From Octopus vulgaris (taxonomy: Eukaryota): a DNA stretch of 64,000 nt. The DNA lies in contig OX597814.1 in NCBI GenBank assembly GCA_951406725.2, positions 7,316,001 through 7,380,000 of the forward strand, written 5' to 3'. Of the stretch, positions 39,822 to 52,000 are shown in pieces. The stretch's first letter is position 1; every line of letters starts with the position of its first letter. Both the position numbers and the translations under genes were made by a program. A model generated the notes under the pieces. It had not been told where the DNA came from. It did not search any database and was given only the letters and a program-made list of their open reading frames with translations.

Positions 39822-40450
39822 TAGGTGCAGGAGTGGCTGTGTGGGAAGTAGCTTGTTTACCAACCACATGGTTCCGGGTTCAGTCCCACTGCGTGGCACC
39901 TTGGGCAAGTGTCTTCTACTATAGCCTCGGGCCGACCAAAGCCTTGTGAGTGGATTTGGTAGACGGAAACTGAAAGAAGCCCGTCGTATGTATGTATATA
40001 TATGTATGTGTGTGTGTTTGTGTGTCTGTGTTTGTACCCCTAGCATTGCTTGACAACCGATGCTGGTGTATTTATGTCCCCGTCACTTAGCGGTTTGGCA
40101 AAAGAGACCGATAGAATAAATACTGGGCTTACAAAGAATAAATCCCAGGGTCGAGTTGCTCGATTAAAAGGCGGTGCTCCAGCATGGCCGCAGTCAAATG
40201 ACTGAAACAAGTAAAAGAGTACTTCTTTACTGCCCACAAGGAGCTAAATATAGAGGGGACAAACAAGGACAGACAAAGGGATTAAGTTGATTACATCAAC
40301 CCCAGTGCGTAACTGGTACTTAATTTATCGACCCTGAAAGGATGAAAGGCAAAGTCGACCTCGGCGGAATTTGAACTCAGAACGTAACGACAGACAAAAT
40401 ACCGCTAAGCATTTCTCCCAGCGCGCTAACGCTTCTGCCAGCCCGCCGCC
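39822..40450. mobile_element. Tail-to-tail tRNA-SINEs: 39822-40221 (+) and 40222-40450 (-)
   Basis: Head aggtgcaggagtggctgtgtgg...gggttcagtccc. The second element has the head ggcgggctggcagaagcgttagc and the central gtcgactttgcctttcatcctttc box; relatives at about 44700-44920, 51215-51410, 27870-28220, 56595-56790. Confidence 0.8.
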
Positions 40451-40756
40451 TTTTATTATTACTATAACCAGGTAAAAAGCACTCACGTTGGTACCATGTA
40501 AAAGGCCCCCGTGCTTGTGCCACATAAAAGCACCCATGTTGGTGTCCCACAAAAGGCACCCAGTACAGTCTGTAAAATGGCTGGCATTAGAAAGCTGGAC
40601 CAACTGTAGAAACCATGCCAAGAGTAACAACTGGATCCTGGTGCAGCTTTCTGGCTTGCCAGGTCCTCTGCCAGCATGGAAAACAGACATTAAATAGTGA
40701 TGACAATGATGCTGACTAGATGTATTTAGAAGTATTTCATTAGCATTTACATTTTA

Positions 40757-41471
40757 TAGGAAGGGCATCCAGCCGTAGAAACACTGCCAGATCTGACTGG
40801 GCCTGATGAAGCCTTCCAGCTTCACAGACCCCAGTTGAACCGTCCAACCCATGCTAGCATGGAGAACGGACGCTAAATGATGATGATGATGATGATGAGA
40901 TTTGAAGAAAATACACTTAAACCTGCACACACACAAATACACTGCACTAGAATTAACTTGATATGACTGAACCCTTTAGCAGTTAAACTGTCCATAACCC
41001 AGCCTAAATATTCTACCCATTTTATGTTCAAACCTGCTAGAATTGGCCTTTCATACACACCCTAGAATGTCATTTTAGAAATAAGCAATCACATCCGCCC
41101 CGGTGGCACGTAAAAATCCCCATCCAATTGTGGCAGTTGCCAGCCTCATTTGGCCCCCGTGCTGGTGGCACGTAAAAAGCACCGTCCGGTCGTGGCCGTT
41201 TGCCAGCCTCGTCTGGCACCTGTGCAGGTGGCACGTAAAAAGCACCGTCCGGTCGTGGCCGTTTGCCAGCCTCGTCTGGCACCTGTGCAGGTGGCACGTA
41301 AAAAGCACTCACTACACTCACGGAGTGGTTGGCGTTAGGAAGGGCATCCAGCTGTAGAAACTCTGCCAGATCAGATTGAGGCCTGGCGCAGCCTTCTGGC
41401 TTCCCAGACCCCAGTTGAACCGTCCAACCCATGCTAGCATGGAAAACAGACGTTAAATGATGATGATGATG
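40757..41471 (+). mobile_element. RTE tail copies; 41098-41471 (63-bp repeat) is nested inside an older AACCCTTTAG MITE
   Basis: MITE-like sequence at 40970-41095 resumes at 41472-41540. Confidence 0.7.
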
Positions 41472-41618
41472 ACATCAACGAAATCTCAACACTACAAGAT
41501 AATGCATGATTAATCAAAACAATGTAAATAAATAAGCATTGAATGGTGCACAGGTAAATAGTACAAGATGGTTATTCAACAGAAATGGAATTCAGCAAGA
41601 AAAATAGTTGAAACTTAC

Positions 41619-42857
41619 CAATATAACAGGTCCAGAGCTTTCATTCTTAAAAAATGGATTTGGACTTAAAACAGCCAAAGTTAGTTCATATGAAGCAAAG
41701 ACCAAACCCAATAAGGTCGTAATGGAGAAAGCAATTACGTTGGTGCTGGGTAAGAAAAATGCCACAAAACAAGTAACTGGATTTGCCATAATGTTCAGTA
41801 ACACAGACAAAAAATAGGGATAGTTACCATAGGGCAGGCAAGCATACGACTGTATGGCAGGAAGAACACCATTTGATAGGGCATTCAGTAATGTTGTTAG
41901 AAATATAAGATAGATGAAGAGTGACAGAGAAATATGCCTGGTGCGGCCATAAACTAAGTCATTATTTCCATCATCAGAATTTTCACTTCTGTCATTGGAG
42001 CCTCTATAAAGATGGTCCACCGATTCCCCAGAAGCACCAACTTCACTGCAGTCACAAGGGGAAACAAAGGCATCCCTGTCGTTCAGCTCTACAGTTGTGG
42101 TCTGTTGACTTTGAGATGGGGTCATTGTAGTGTCTTTGCGTATGAAGGTCTTCTCGTTAATTACCATTTCGTTCTTACAAATTGAAAGAGTATTTAGTAA
42201 TGTGAACGAGATTCCAGACAACAGCATCATGGTGAAGAGAAAGAGAAAGAAATCCCGAACAGGAAAGTGAGGTGGCATCAATTGAGGATATAATTTGTAT
42301 GTTGTAATGTTCTCGACATCAGTTATGGAAATGTTCATACATTCTACATTTTTAGCACCCTGCCCCAAAGCAACAAAGCTGGGTAAAAGGCCACTTAAGC
42401 CTTCGCCAATGAAATAACTAATCAAATATTTTTCTTGAAAGTTGGCAACAAATGGGAAAAAAGCAACTGATGAAGTACAGTCAACGAGGGCAAGAAAAAA
42501 CTCTAGGATGAGCAAAGCGGAGCTGTGTTGTCTTCCAGCAATGAGCGTAACCTTATCCCAAAAGAATGATAACAGCATACATGCTGAAGAGCCAATAATA
42601 AGAAGAGTCAATATGACTTTCTTTTCATTCAGGATATTTGGCAGAAACACACTGATAAGGGTGTAGGTTATTGGACCAATATTTGCAAGTTGGATGACAA
42701 CAGACAGGTATGAAGGAAGATCCCATTTCTCAGGTAAATTCTGTACAAGAATTGGTAACTCAACCCAAATACCATTAATGGCAATCCAAGAGCCAATTCC
42801 AAAGACACAAAGTAAGGAATGGACAATCACAGAATTTTTTTCACAAGTAAATTTCAT
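41619..42857 (-). CDS. SLC52A3: SLC52-family riboflavin transporter (SLC52A2/A3-like), large first coding exon, 413 codons
   Basis: Family motifs FGIGSWIAINGIWVELP, LPEKWDLPSYLSVVIQLANIGP, LVDCTSSV, IGEGLSGLLP, NGVLPAIQSYACLPYG. Donor TTG|gtaagt at 41619/41618. Acceptor ttttag| near 42931 with an in-frame stop before the ATG. The paralog number cannot be resolved. Confidence 0.95.
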
Positions 42858-45499
42858 TTTGATTCCAGCTTTTGATGGTATTCTTGGTAAGTATTGCTGT
42901 TTGCCTCAGAATCACTGGATCTGAAGATTACCTAAAATTAGAATAAAGAATAAATAACTTTAACAGAAGCACTGGGAGAAAATAGAATTAAAAATAACAT
43001 TCACTGAATATGTGTAAGAGTATTGTTTGTTGGACATTTCCTAAACCATTTTAACTGATTTCTTAATCGCCCTCAGCCAGGATCCCTGGTCTGGTGGTAC
43101 GTAAAAAGCACTATCCGACTCGTGGCCGATGCCAGCACCGCCTCGACTGGCTTCCGTGCCGGTGGCACATAAAATACACCAATCCGACCGTGGCCGTTGC
43201 CAGCCTCGCCTGGCACCTGTGCAGGTGGCACGTAAAAAGCACCCACTACACTCACGGAGTGGTTGGCGTTAGGAAGGGCATCCAGCTGTAGAAACATTGC
43301 CAGATAAGACTGGAGCCTGGTACAGCCTTCTGGCTTCCCAGATCCCCGGTCGAACTGTCCAACCCATGCTAGCATGGAGAACGGACGTTAAACGATGATG
43401 ATGATGATGATGATCCCTTTTCCAGGCATGTATAAGTTAAATGAGAAAGGGGATCACCCCTTGTCGCAATACTTTGTCATTTCCTTTGTAAGGTTCAGTC
43501 CCATGAGATTAGCTTCCACCGTTTCTTCCTTAGTTTTCCTCTTCACATGTTCCATGCTGGGCTCTTCTTTAAACATCTCTCATTCTCCATACGCATCACT
43601 CACACCAGTGCATAATATATCCTATTTCTTTGACAACCAGTTTGGTTCTCAGTTCATTTGTGTTCTGTTGTTCATATACATAAACAATACACATCCAATC
43701 GAATGGCTGTGTCTCATTTCTTTCTTCACTGCACACATCAACTGCATTCAATGCCCAAGTTTCACTCCTAACCAACACTGCATTTCATAGACAAACATCA
43801 TACAATGTGTTTCACTTACAGAGAGAATCCTCTTTTTGCCAGTATTTACTCCATGTAATTTTTTCAACCAGTCTTAGGCTACTGTTTTCAGAACACCAAC
43901 ACTGTTATTGTGTTACTTTGGTAAAAGAAGCTGTCAATTACATCTAGAGAGTATTTGAAAGAATTCATTTCATGGGTCCACATATGGCTAACTACTCCAG
44001 TACATCTGCTACAAAAAAAGCTTTTCTTCACTGTCAGTCTACCGTTGATGTTATTGCATCTCTTGTGCACTTATAATTTAGATTAGGTTTACATAGTACA
44101 GAGTTCCTACCTGCTCCTTGTCTGCGTATTGGAAAATGTATGCAGTTTGTAGTCAGCAACGTTGAACGATAGAGACAACCATGAGGTTTGTTTAGACAAC
44201 AATTTTAAGTGTGTTAACACAATGATAAATCCCTGTTTAATATTTAGCAGACAACTCTGTTGTTCTTTGATGTAAGTCACGAGTGTCAAAGCCTATAAAA
44301 CAATCCCATGAAAACAAAACAAGAACCAGTAAAGTTCAAAAAGTATAGAAAAATCAAACTATATCAAAATATGTTAAGGGTAAAAGAGTGTGGGAGGAAG
44401 AAAGAGTGACAGAGCAGAATATTTTCTCCAATTTTGTATGTAAATATGTAATGTTATCTAAAACAATTGCATCCGTATTGTCAAGTTATTCAGAACTGTT
44501 CACCATTTAACATGACATGTATAAACATGAAGTCACTTAGGACTTTCATGATGAGGAATGACAAATTAACAGCACAGAACAAATCAGCAAATTGCCCCGT
44601 CATTTATTTAGCTTATCAATATTATCTTGGCATTCCTGATAAAGAAATAATGTAGAGAGGTTCATACAATGTGAAGGGATGATTTAGTAATTCCTATTTC
44701 TCTACTAACCACAAGGAGCTAAAGACAGAGAGGACAAACAAGGACAGACAAATGGATTAAGTTGATTATATCGACCGCAGTGCGTAACTGGTACTTATTT
44801 AATCAACCCTGAAAGGATGAAAGGCAAAGTCGACCTCGGCGGAATTTGAACTCAGAACGTAACGGCAAACAAAATACCGCTAAACATTTCGCCCGGCGTG
44901 CTAACGGTTCTGCCAGCTCACCTTTGATTTATTAATTTATTTATTTATTAATTCCTGAGGTATTTTGGGTTCAACATATAAAGGAAAAACAGTGATTAGA
45001 AACCAGACCAGCAAGCAGAAAGTAGGAGCACCTGAATTGGCATGGGAAAGAGTGATAGTAGAAGTGAGTGTGTGGGAGTACTAGCAGCAAGTCCTGGTGG
45101 CACCCCACGGCCACTAACAATGCTTTTATTATTATCATTATTGGGACTGCTGAGGCAAGTACAAACCTTCACCACTGCTGCAGTCACTGTCCACTGCTCA
45201 GCACAGCTACCACAATTACTACACTGCTGTTGTTGCTACTTCCATACATTCACACCTCCTACAACTACTACCAAAACCACCACTCATGACTCTAGAGCTG
45301 CTGCTGCTGCTTCCACTAACAAAAAATCCATGGCTATCTTTAGTCTCTAAAAAAGCCATTAACTGTTCTTCCTCTGCTGATGGACATTTCAGCCAAGTCT
45401 CCCTTCTTTATCGTAAGAAACTACCTGCATTATTTCTTTATTGTGTCTTTGTATCCCAATACCTGAAGTAATTTCCTAATTTATTCAACATCAGCCATG

Positions 45500-47345
45500 A
45501 TTGTTGCTTGACAATGTTGCTAAACTTATCAAGGGTCTCACTGACTGTCAGGGTAATCGCCCCTAATGACATCATCTTCTACCCTACCGAGGGGGTCTTG
45601 GCCACCCTCCAACTCAGACAAGCTGAATCACCAGCAGACCTCAGACCAATATCCCCACCTGCTATACATGGCTTCCAAAAAAGATATCCTCTCTGCTCTG
45701 AAGTATTTTCCTGTCAGCAGTGAAGGTGTCAATGGTCTCTAACCTAACCCTAACCTCAAAGACTTACTATACCCTCTTACTGCTGAAGCCAGGTACCACC
45801 TGCTGAGTGCAATTACAACTCTCACCAACAAGTTCATTCATGGTGCCCTGGACTCTTATTCCCAACATCTCTTCTTTTTGGCCTGCTTAATCACTCTTGG
45901 GAAGAAGGACTGTGGCATATGCCCCATTGCTGTGGGGTAATATCTCCCACAGGCTCGTGGCCAAGGTTATCTGCAGGTCTGTCACATCTGAAAAAGGCAA
46001 GGAACTCAGCCCAATGCAGCTAGGGGTTACCTATGCTGCCAGACAATTCTTCAATGACTATGCTCCCAAGTCAGCACTGAGTGATCCCAGGCCCCTCAGT
46101 GTTAAGGCTGACATGAAAAACGCTTTCAATTGTCTGCACCATGACCACATTCTCAAGGTCTGCATCCACAGCACCCCATCTGCCTACCCATTGGCTTACC
46201 TGTTCTATGGGTCCCTGAGCATGCTCCTCATTGCTTATAATACCATCTATGACTGGTGTCCAACAGGGTGATCCATCATGCCTCCTCTTTACTCTCAGAG
46301 ATGCTTGGAGCATCAGGAGTCCTTTCAATGACTGGTACCTGGATGGAGTGATGATAGGTGAACCTGCAGAGAGTGTCTGCCATGATCTCTGATCAGGGGT
46401 TCCCACTCTGGCAAGAATAACTCGTCCAAGTCAGAGGCCATGAACATCAATTACAATGCAGAGGGCTTCGCAGCCTCCACCTCAGATGTACAATCATTGC
46501 TCCACCAAGTGCAGGTGACCTCAAGAGAGGATATCTTTATCCTTGGTTCACCAATCCTCCTGCCTACCATTCACTTCACCTTCGGTTCCAGTCTTCACCA
46601 GTTCAAAACCCTGACCAACAGACTGAACTTGATCAACGCCCATCCAGCATTCTTCCTGTTAAACTGTTCTGCCATGCTGGAGCTTCTATATATCTTCTGT
46701 AGTGCCCCTTGCTAGTCACACATAATTCCTCGCAGATCTTAATGCCTGTATCCAATGGGCCACTGAGAAGATACGCACTGTCTGATTTGACAACACTGGG
46801 TGGTAACAGACCACCTTACCCATCAGATACGGCAGCCTCCAGTCTCTGGTCTCACAGGGCTTGCCAACATTTCTCTCATTAGTTACCTCTGGCCATGACC
46901 TCATCAACAGGGTTCTCCACAATGCAACCAAACTTATAGTGATCAGGGATTGTGAAGTGGCCTACTTGATATGGAGCCAACTTGGCCTCCACTCTGCGGA
47001 TGTCCATCTACCTCTCCCTTTTGTGGACAAGTCCCCACCACCAAAGAAAAAAATGGGATACCATTCAGCACCGTGTGATCTCAGTTGGGATAATGCACCA
47101 TCTTAACCAGCACTGTCTGGCATGTTTCCGCTCAACCTGCCTGGCTCAATGCAGTGCCATAACCCTTGACTGTTACTCAGCGGGATAGTGACTGTTTGTG
47201 CATAGGTGTTTCCCTGGCACTGGGCCTTCAGATCTGTGAACCTCACAAATGCTGCTACAGATTCACTGTGGATTCTTTTGGCTTCCATCCATTGTCAGGA
47301 CATTATAGAGCTGATTGCCTTCTATGTCATGCAGCTCTCAATGAG
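45500..47345 (+). mobile_element. CRE-clade-like non-LTR retrotransposon remnant
   Basis: Frame-broken motifs PIAVG, QLGV, KADMKNAFN, GVQQGDP, WYLD, LGSPI, and a C-terminal C..C...DSFGFHPLS / HAALN. Confidence 0.7.
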
Positions 47346-47700
47346 GGACTAGACAGAGAGAACAGTAAATACAGAGAAATTAGTAATAGAGATATAGTGA
47401 GTACTAACTCAAACACTATAATAGAACGTGATACTCAAAATCTTAAAAATCAAAATGGAGTATATAAATTAGAAAATAAAAGGAACAAACACAGCAATAT
47501 AAATAATCAGGTAGATAAAGAAAGTAGAGTTAGATATAAGAAATGTGATTGTGTAACAAATAAATTATGCCCATTACAATTTAAGTGTAAAATTAAAGAA
47601 ACAGTGTACAGGTGTAAGGTAATTTCAAATGGATAGGTATACTACTATATTGGTGCTAGCAAGACCACTGAAGGAATGGTAAGATAGTATAGATATAGAA
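47345..47700 (+). mobile_element. Penelope-like element remnant (GIY-YIG endonuclease region)
   Basis: KCDCVTNKLCPLQFKCKIKETVYRCKVISNG*VYYYIGASKTT resembles the CPL..C....VY.....YIG signature of PLE endonucleases. Confidence 0.65.
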
Positions 47701-48254
47701 ACATAAACACATTAGCGAGTATTGACCTAATTTCAGACAGCAAGTGACTTTATTCCTCACCAGGCAGGTCGAAAGTCCAAAATATGGGGCTATTTTTAGT
47801 AACACTCACACCATGTACATGAATAATTCTGGTTGGGCTAATACTCTGTTCAGATGCTATCTGAAATACAGTTAAATTTTATCCTGATGAAACAACATTA
47901 GTAATTAACACCGAAATGCATGATCTGCAGTGTGCATTGGCTTGCATCCAAAACACATGTAGTTACTTACAAAACTGTAATTAACTGTATAATAAAGCCT
48001 GGAGATGTAAATCTTTGTTCTCCTGATATTTATTAGTTTATCATTTCTTCTCTACCGACACAATGCAGTCTTTCTAAAGTTATTTGGATTCACCAAAGTG
48101 AGGATTTAGCAAGTATAGTAAATTCAACTAACTGGAGTTCATGTACATTCACTGAGGTTAGCCAGCATCGTTAACGGATAAGAGTAAGCATGATACCCAC
48201 TAGGATTATATATCTCTCTTAACCATGTTTGGAAATTTACTTTATACATACATA

Positions 48255-48840
48255 GAATCGAAATCGATCAATGGAAATTGCAGCTGAGTTACCAGTGCCG
48301 GTGGCACGTAAGAGAACCATCCGAATGTGGGCGTTGCCAGCGCCGCCCAGACTGGCCTCGTGCCGGTGGCACATAAAAATCACCATCCGTTCGTGGCCGT
48401 TTCCAGCCTCGCCTGGCCCCCGTGCTGGTGGCACGTAAAAAAAACACCATCCGTTCGTGGCCGTTTGCCAGACTCGTCTGGCACCACCATCCGTTCGTGA
48501 CCGTTGCCAGCGCCGCCCCGACGGGCCTCATGCCGGTGGCATGTAAAAAGCATCACCCATTCGTGGCCGTTGGCAGCCTCGCCTGGCCCTGTGCCGGTGG
48601 CACGTAAAAAGCATCATCCGTCCGTGGCCATTTGCCAGCTCCGTCTGGCACCTGTGCGGGTGGCACGTAAAAAGCACCCACTACACTCACGGAGTGGTTG
48701 GCGTTAGGAAGGGCATCCAGCCGTAGAAACACTGCCAGATCAGACTGGGCCTGATGCAGCCTTCTGGCTTCACAGACCCCAGTTGAACCGTCCAGCCCAT
48801 GCTAGCATGGAAAGCGGACGCATGATGATGATGATGATGA
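48255..48840 (+). mobile_element. RTE 3'-UTR copy with several diverged internal repeat units
   Basis: Repeated gtggcacgtaaaaagcaccatccgttcgtggcc; (GAT)n tail; similar copies at 32237-32572, 34360-34743 and 43075-43413. Confidence 0.8.
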
Positions 48841-49059
48841 TATATATATATATTTATATACACACACACTCACACATACAAACAGATACATATAAAGGGA
48901 TATAAGTAGAGACAAAAACTAAATTTATTTAGAAGATAAACACAAACGTACATGTGTTTATAGTCGAAATATATTTAGTTTTTGTCTGTGTATATATTTC
49001 CCTATATAGATATACTTTATAAGTTGTGAAATTTGTGATCATGTGTGTGTGCTGTAGTG

Positions 49060-49722
49060 TGCAATTTTTGCCATGGTCAGGAAGTTGGAACAAAGAGTCA
49101 ATGTGAAATTTTGCATTAAACTTAGGATGTCTGCTACAAAGACATTGAGCATTTCTTTGGCAAGCTTACAGTGATGAGGCAATGGGTTGTATGCAATGTT
49201 GTGAGTGGCACAGGCACTTCAAAGGCTGAAGAACGTCTTCAGATGACAACAAGCAATCCAGCAGACCTGCCAAAAGCATGACCATTGAAAATGTGGGGGA
49301 AATTCATCAGCTTGCACATGAAGATTGTTGAAGAACAGGCAACAATGCTTTTAAGCATTTGAGGGAGACATTTGCCAAAAGTGACCAGTTATGTGACGTG
49401 TGAAAAATTGGATTCTTCACAACAACAATGTACCATCACCAACCTCTTCACACCCATCTTATTCGCCAGATTTAGCACCCGCAGACTTCTATCTCTGCCT
49501 CAAAATGAAAATACAGTTCAAAGGTCAAGAGTGAATTGCAGAAGGTTTTCAACTCACTTCTGGAAAACGTCTTCCAGGCCAGATTCCAAAAGTTGTTGGA
49601 ATGCTGGAGCCAGTGTACTGTTGTACAGGTGACTATTTCAAAGAAGACGATGTTAAAACTTAGGTAAATAAGTTATTTTTATTAAACATTACTAGTCTGG
49701 GAACTTTTTGATACCCCCTTGT
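49060..49722 (+). mobile_element. Internally deleted mariner copy, same family as 16.7-17.9 kb
   Basis: Shares aggaagttggaacaa...gaaattttgca and the right end ctagtctgggaactttttgataccccct. Confidence 0.8.
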
Positions 49723-49984
49723 ATACATACAGACACTTATATATTATATGTCATCATCATCATCATCATCATCATTGTTCGACCGTGGTCGAGACAATGG
49801 AATTTACCATGCTACGCCAGACTTCACGGTCCATCATGGCATTACGGAGGTCCTGTTGCTGGATGCCTGTATCCCTGGAGATTACATCAGGGTAGGAGAG
49901 TGTGCGCCCTCTGGTATTGCGAGTAGATGGCTTCCAGAGGAGAAGAGTAGAAATTACCTCTTTTTCAGCTACATATTATATGTA

Positions 49985-50258
49985 GGAGGGGGTACCCAAA
50001 AGTAACTGGAAATGTTTTCTATGGGACAAGCCCATTGTAGTTCAGGCTTCTAGTGGTAGAAGCCACTTGATGCAACCCTCAGACATCAGTCTGCCAACTG
50101 GCAGAGCTCCAGCACTGCTTCAAACAGTGGAAAACACGTCTGGACCAATGCATTGCTTCAAATAAAGAATACTTTGATGGTGATAAAAGTGAGAACATGT
50201 AAAACTAAGTGAATAAAATAATATTGCAAAATTCCAGTTTCTTTTGGGTACCCCCTCA
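49985..50258 (+). mobile_element. Mariner-derived MITE
   Basis: TIRs gagggggtacccaaaag(t/a)aactggaa flanked by TA on both sides; internal QHCFKQWKTRLDQCIASNKEYFDGD (mariner C-terminus). Confidence 0.85.
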
Positions 50259-51476
50259 TATTTACATATTATATATATATATATCATCATCATCGTTTAA
50301 TGTCTGACTTCCATGCTGGCATAGATGGAGCCAGCCAAGCAGAAGCCTGTACCAGACTTCTGTGTCTGTACTGGCAGGATCTTTACAGCTGGATGCCCTT
50401 CCTAACACCAACCACTCAGCAGAATGGACTGAGTGCTTTTTACACAGCACAAGCACAGGTAAGGTCAGTTTTTGCAAGTTTTACCAACCACTTTACAGTG
50501 TGGACTGGGTGCTTTTTAAGTGCCACCTGCACTGACAGGGTCACCAAGTACTTGCAAGATGAAAAAAAATTTGAGAGGGGAGTAGGCAGTGGAGGAGGGG
50601 ATCTTGTGTCAGATGAGGGAAGTTATGCGGCAGAAACAGGTGTCTTGCTGTGGAGGAAGTATAAGGTTACTCAGCCGGAGGGAGAGATCAGGAATGAAGA
50701 CAAAATCTCCACAAAGGAGATGCATGGTTACCCAACTTGAGGGAAGTGCAGGAGGAGAGGGAGAGCAGGAGACAGCAGTGTAGAGATGGTGGCAAAGTGC
50801 CAGGAATACTCGCAAGGGACAGGCACCAGAATATGAATAGGATGGTTGAGTAAAGGAAGTGGGATATAAATGGCATCAGTGCAAAGGCATACCCCTGAGG
50901 TTCAAATGTCATATGTAGCAGGATATTGCCAAAGAAGCGTGATTAGAGAGTGCAGGAGGGGAAATGAGTGGCAAAAACCTGAGTATATATAGAGTGGGGG
51001 GGGGGGCTACCAGATGATACAGAGAAACAGGATTGGGGAGTGAGAGGTAGGCATACTGTATGAAGGAGGAAATGTGAATGTGAGATGTAGAGATGTAGAC
51101 TGGTTTGTTGGGGTAGGGTGTGTGGGTGGAACACAAGTTGGGAAGTAGCAGAGAGCAATGGTAGAGTGAGACAGGGCCAAGAGAACAGGATTGGGGAGTG
51201 GGAGGTAACATATATTTCTTTACTACCCACAAGGGGCTAAACACAGAAGGGACAAACAAGGACAGACGAAGGGATTAAGTCGATTATATCGACCCCGAAA
51301 GGATGAAAGGCAAAGTCGACCTCGGCGGAATTTGAACTCGGAAAGTAACGACAGACGAAACACGGCTATGCATTTCGCCCGGCGTGCTAACGTTTCTGCC
51401 AGCTCGCCGCCTTGTGGGAGGTAACATAGTGCATGAAGCGGAAATGTAAGGGAGAGATGTAGAGATGTATGTATAT

Positions 51477-52000
51477 TTCAAAGTCTGTCAACAAAGATTT
51501 TGCATTAAGTTGCATCAAATATGTGAATAGACAAACATGTGTTCCTTTGTCTTACTTGGAAGAAGGGCAAAAACTCTGGGAATACTAAATGGATACAATA
51601 CAATGGGCTGATTTTAAAAGTACCATCAGCTGCCCAGTGAGGAAAATTCATATCTTTTAAGACATCTTCCATCCAAATATTAGTATTCTGTTCTCATCAT
51701 AAATGCTAGAATCAAATGCAAGGAACTTCTCTCCATTTACAAGAAAACAGTAGGATTCCAGTATCTCAAAATTATTCCTTTACTTTGGAATCGGTTGTAC
51801 TTTTTGTCTCCATCAACGTACATTTCTTCCCATTGATTATAAAGCGGGTATTTGGGTAACTGAATACTAATCTTCATTAGCAATCATAGCTCCAGTAAGA
51901 CTTCTTGCTGGTTTGCATACTGAAATTGAAGTAGTTTTTAACTCAGACATAACTCCTTGTTCTCTGACTTTAGTAGCTGACGATCCATAGTTTCTGCTAT
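51477..52000 (-). mobile_element. MULE/Mutator transposase remnant (absent from the ORF track)
   Basis: Manual minus-strand translation across frameshifts: NGEKFLAFDSSIYDENRILIFG ... HWAADGTFKISP ... VFALLPSKT ... TDFE. Confidence 0.72.

Noticed and set aside
41592-41618. SLC52 ending at VSFNYFSC* as in the ORF track
   Set aside because: Read-through of a canonical donor; the missing C-terminal helices are encoded at 31270-31473
45739-45757. Telomere-like ctaaccctaacc
   Set aside because: Only about 2-3 imperfect units; compatible with chance
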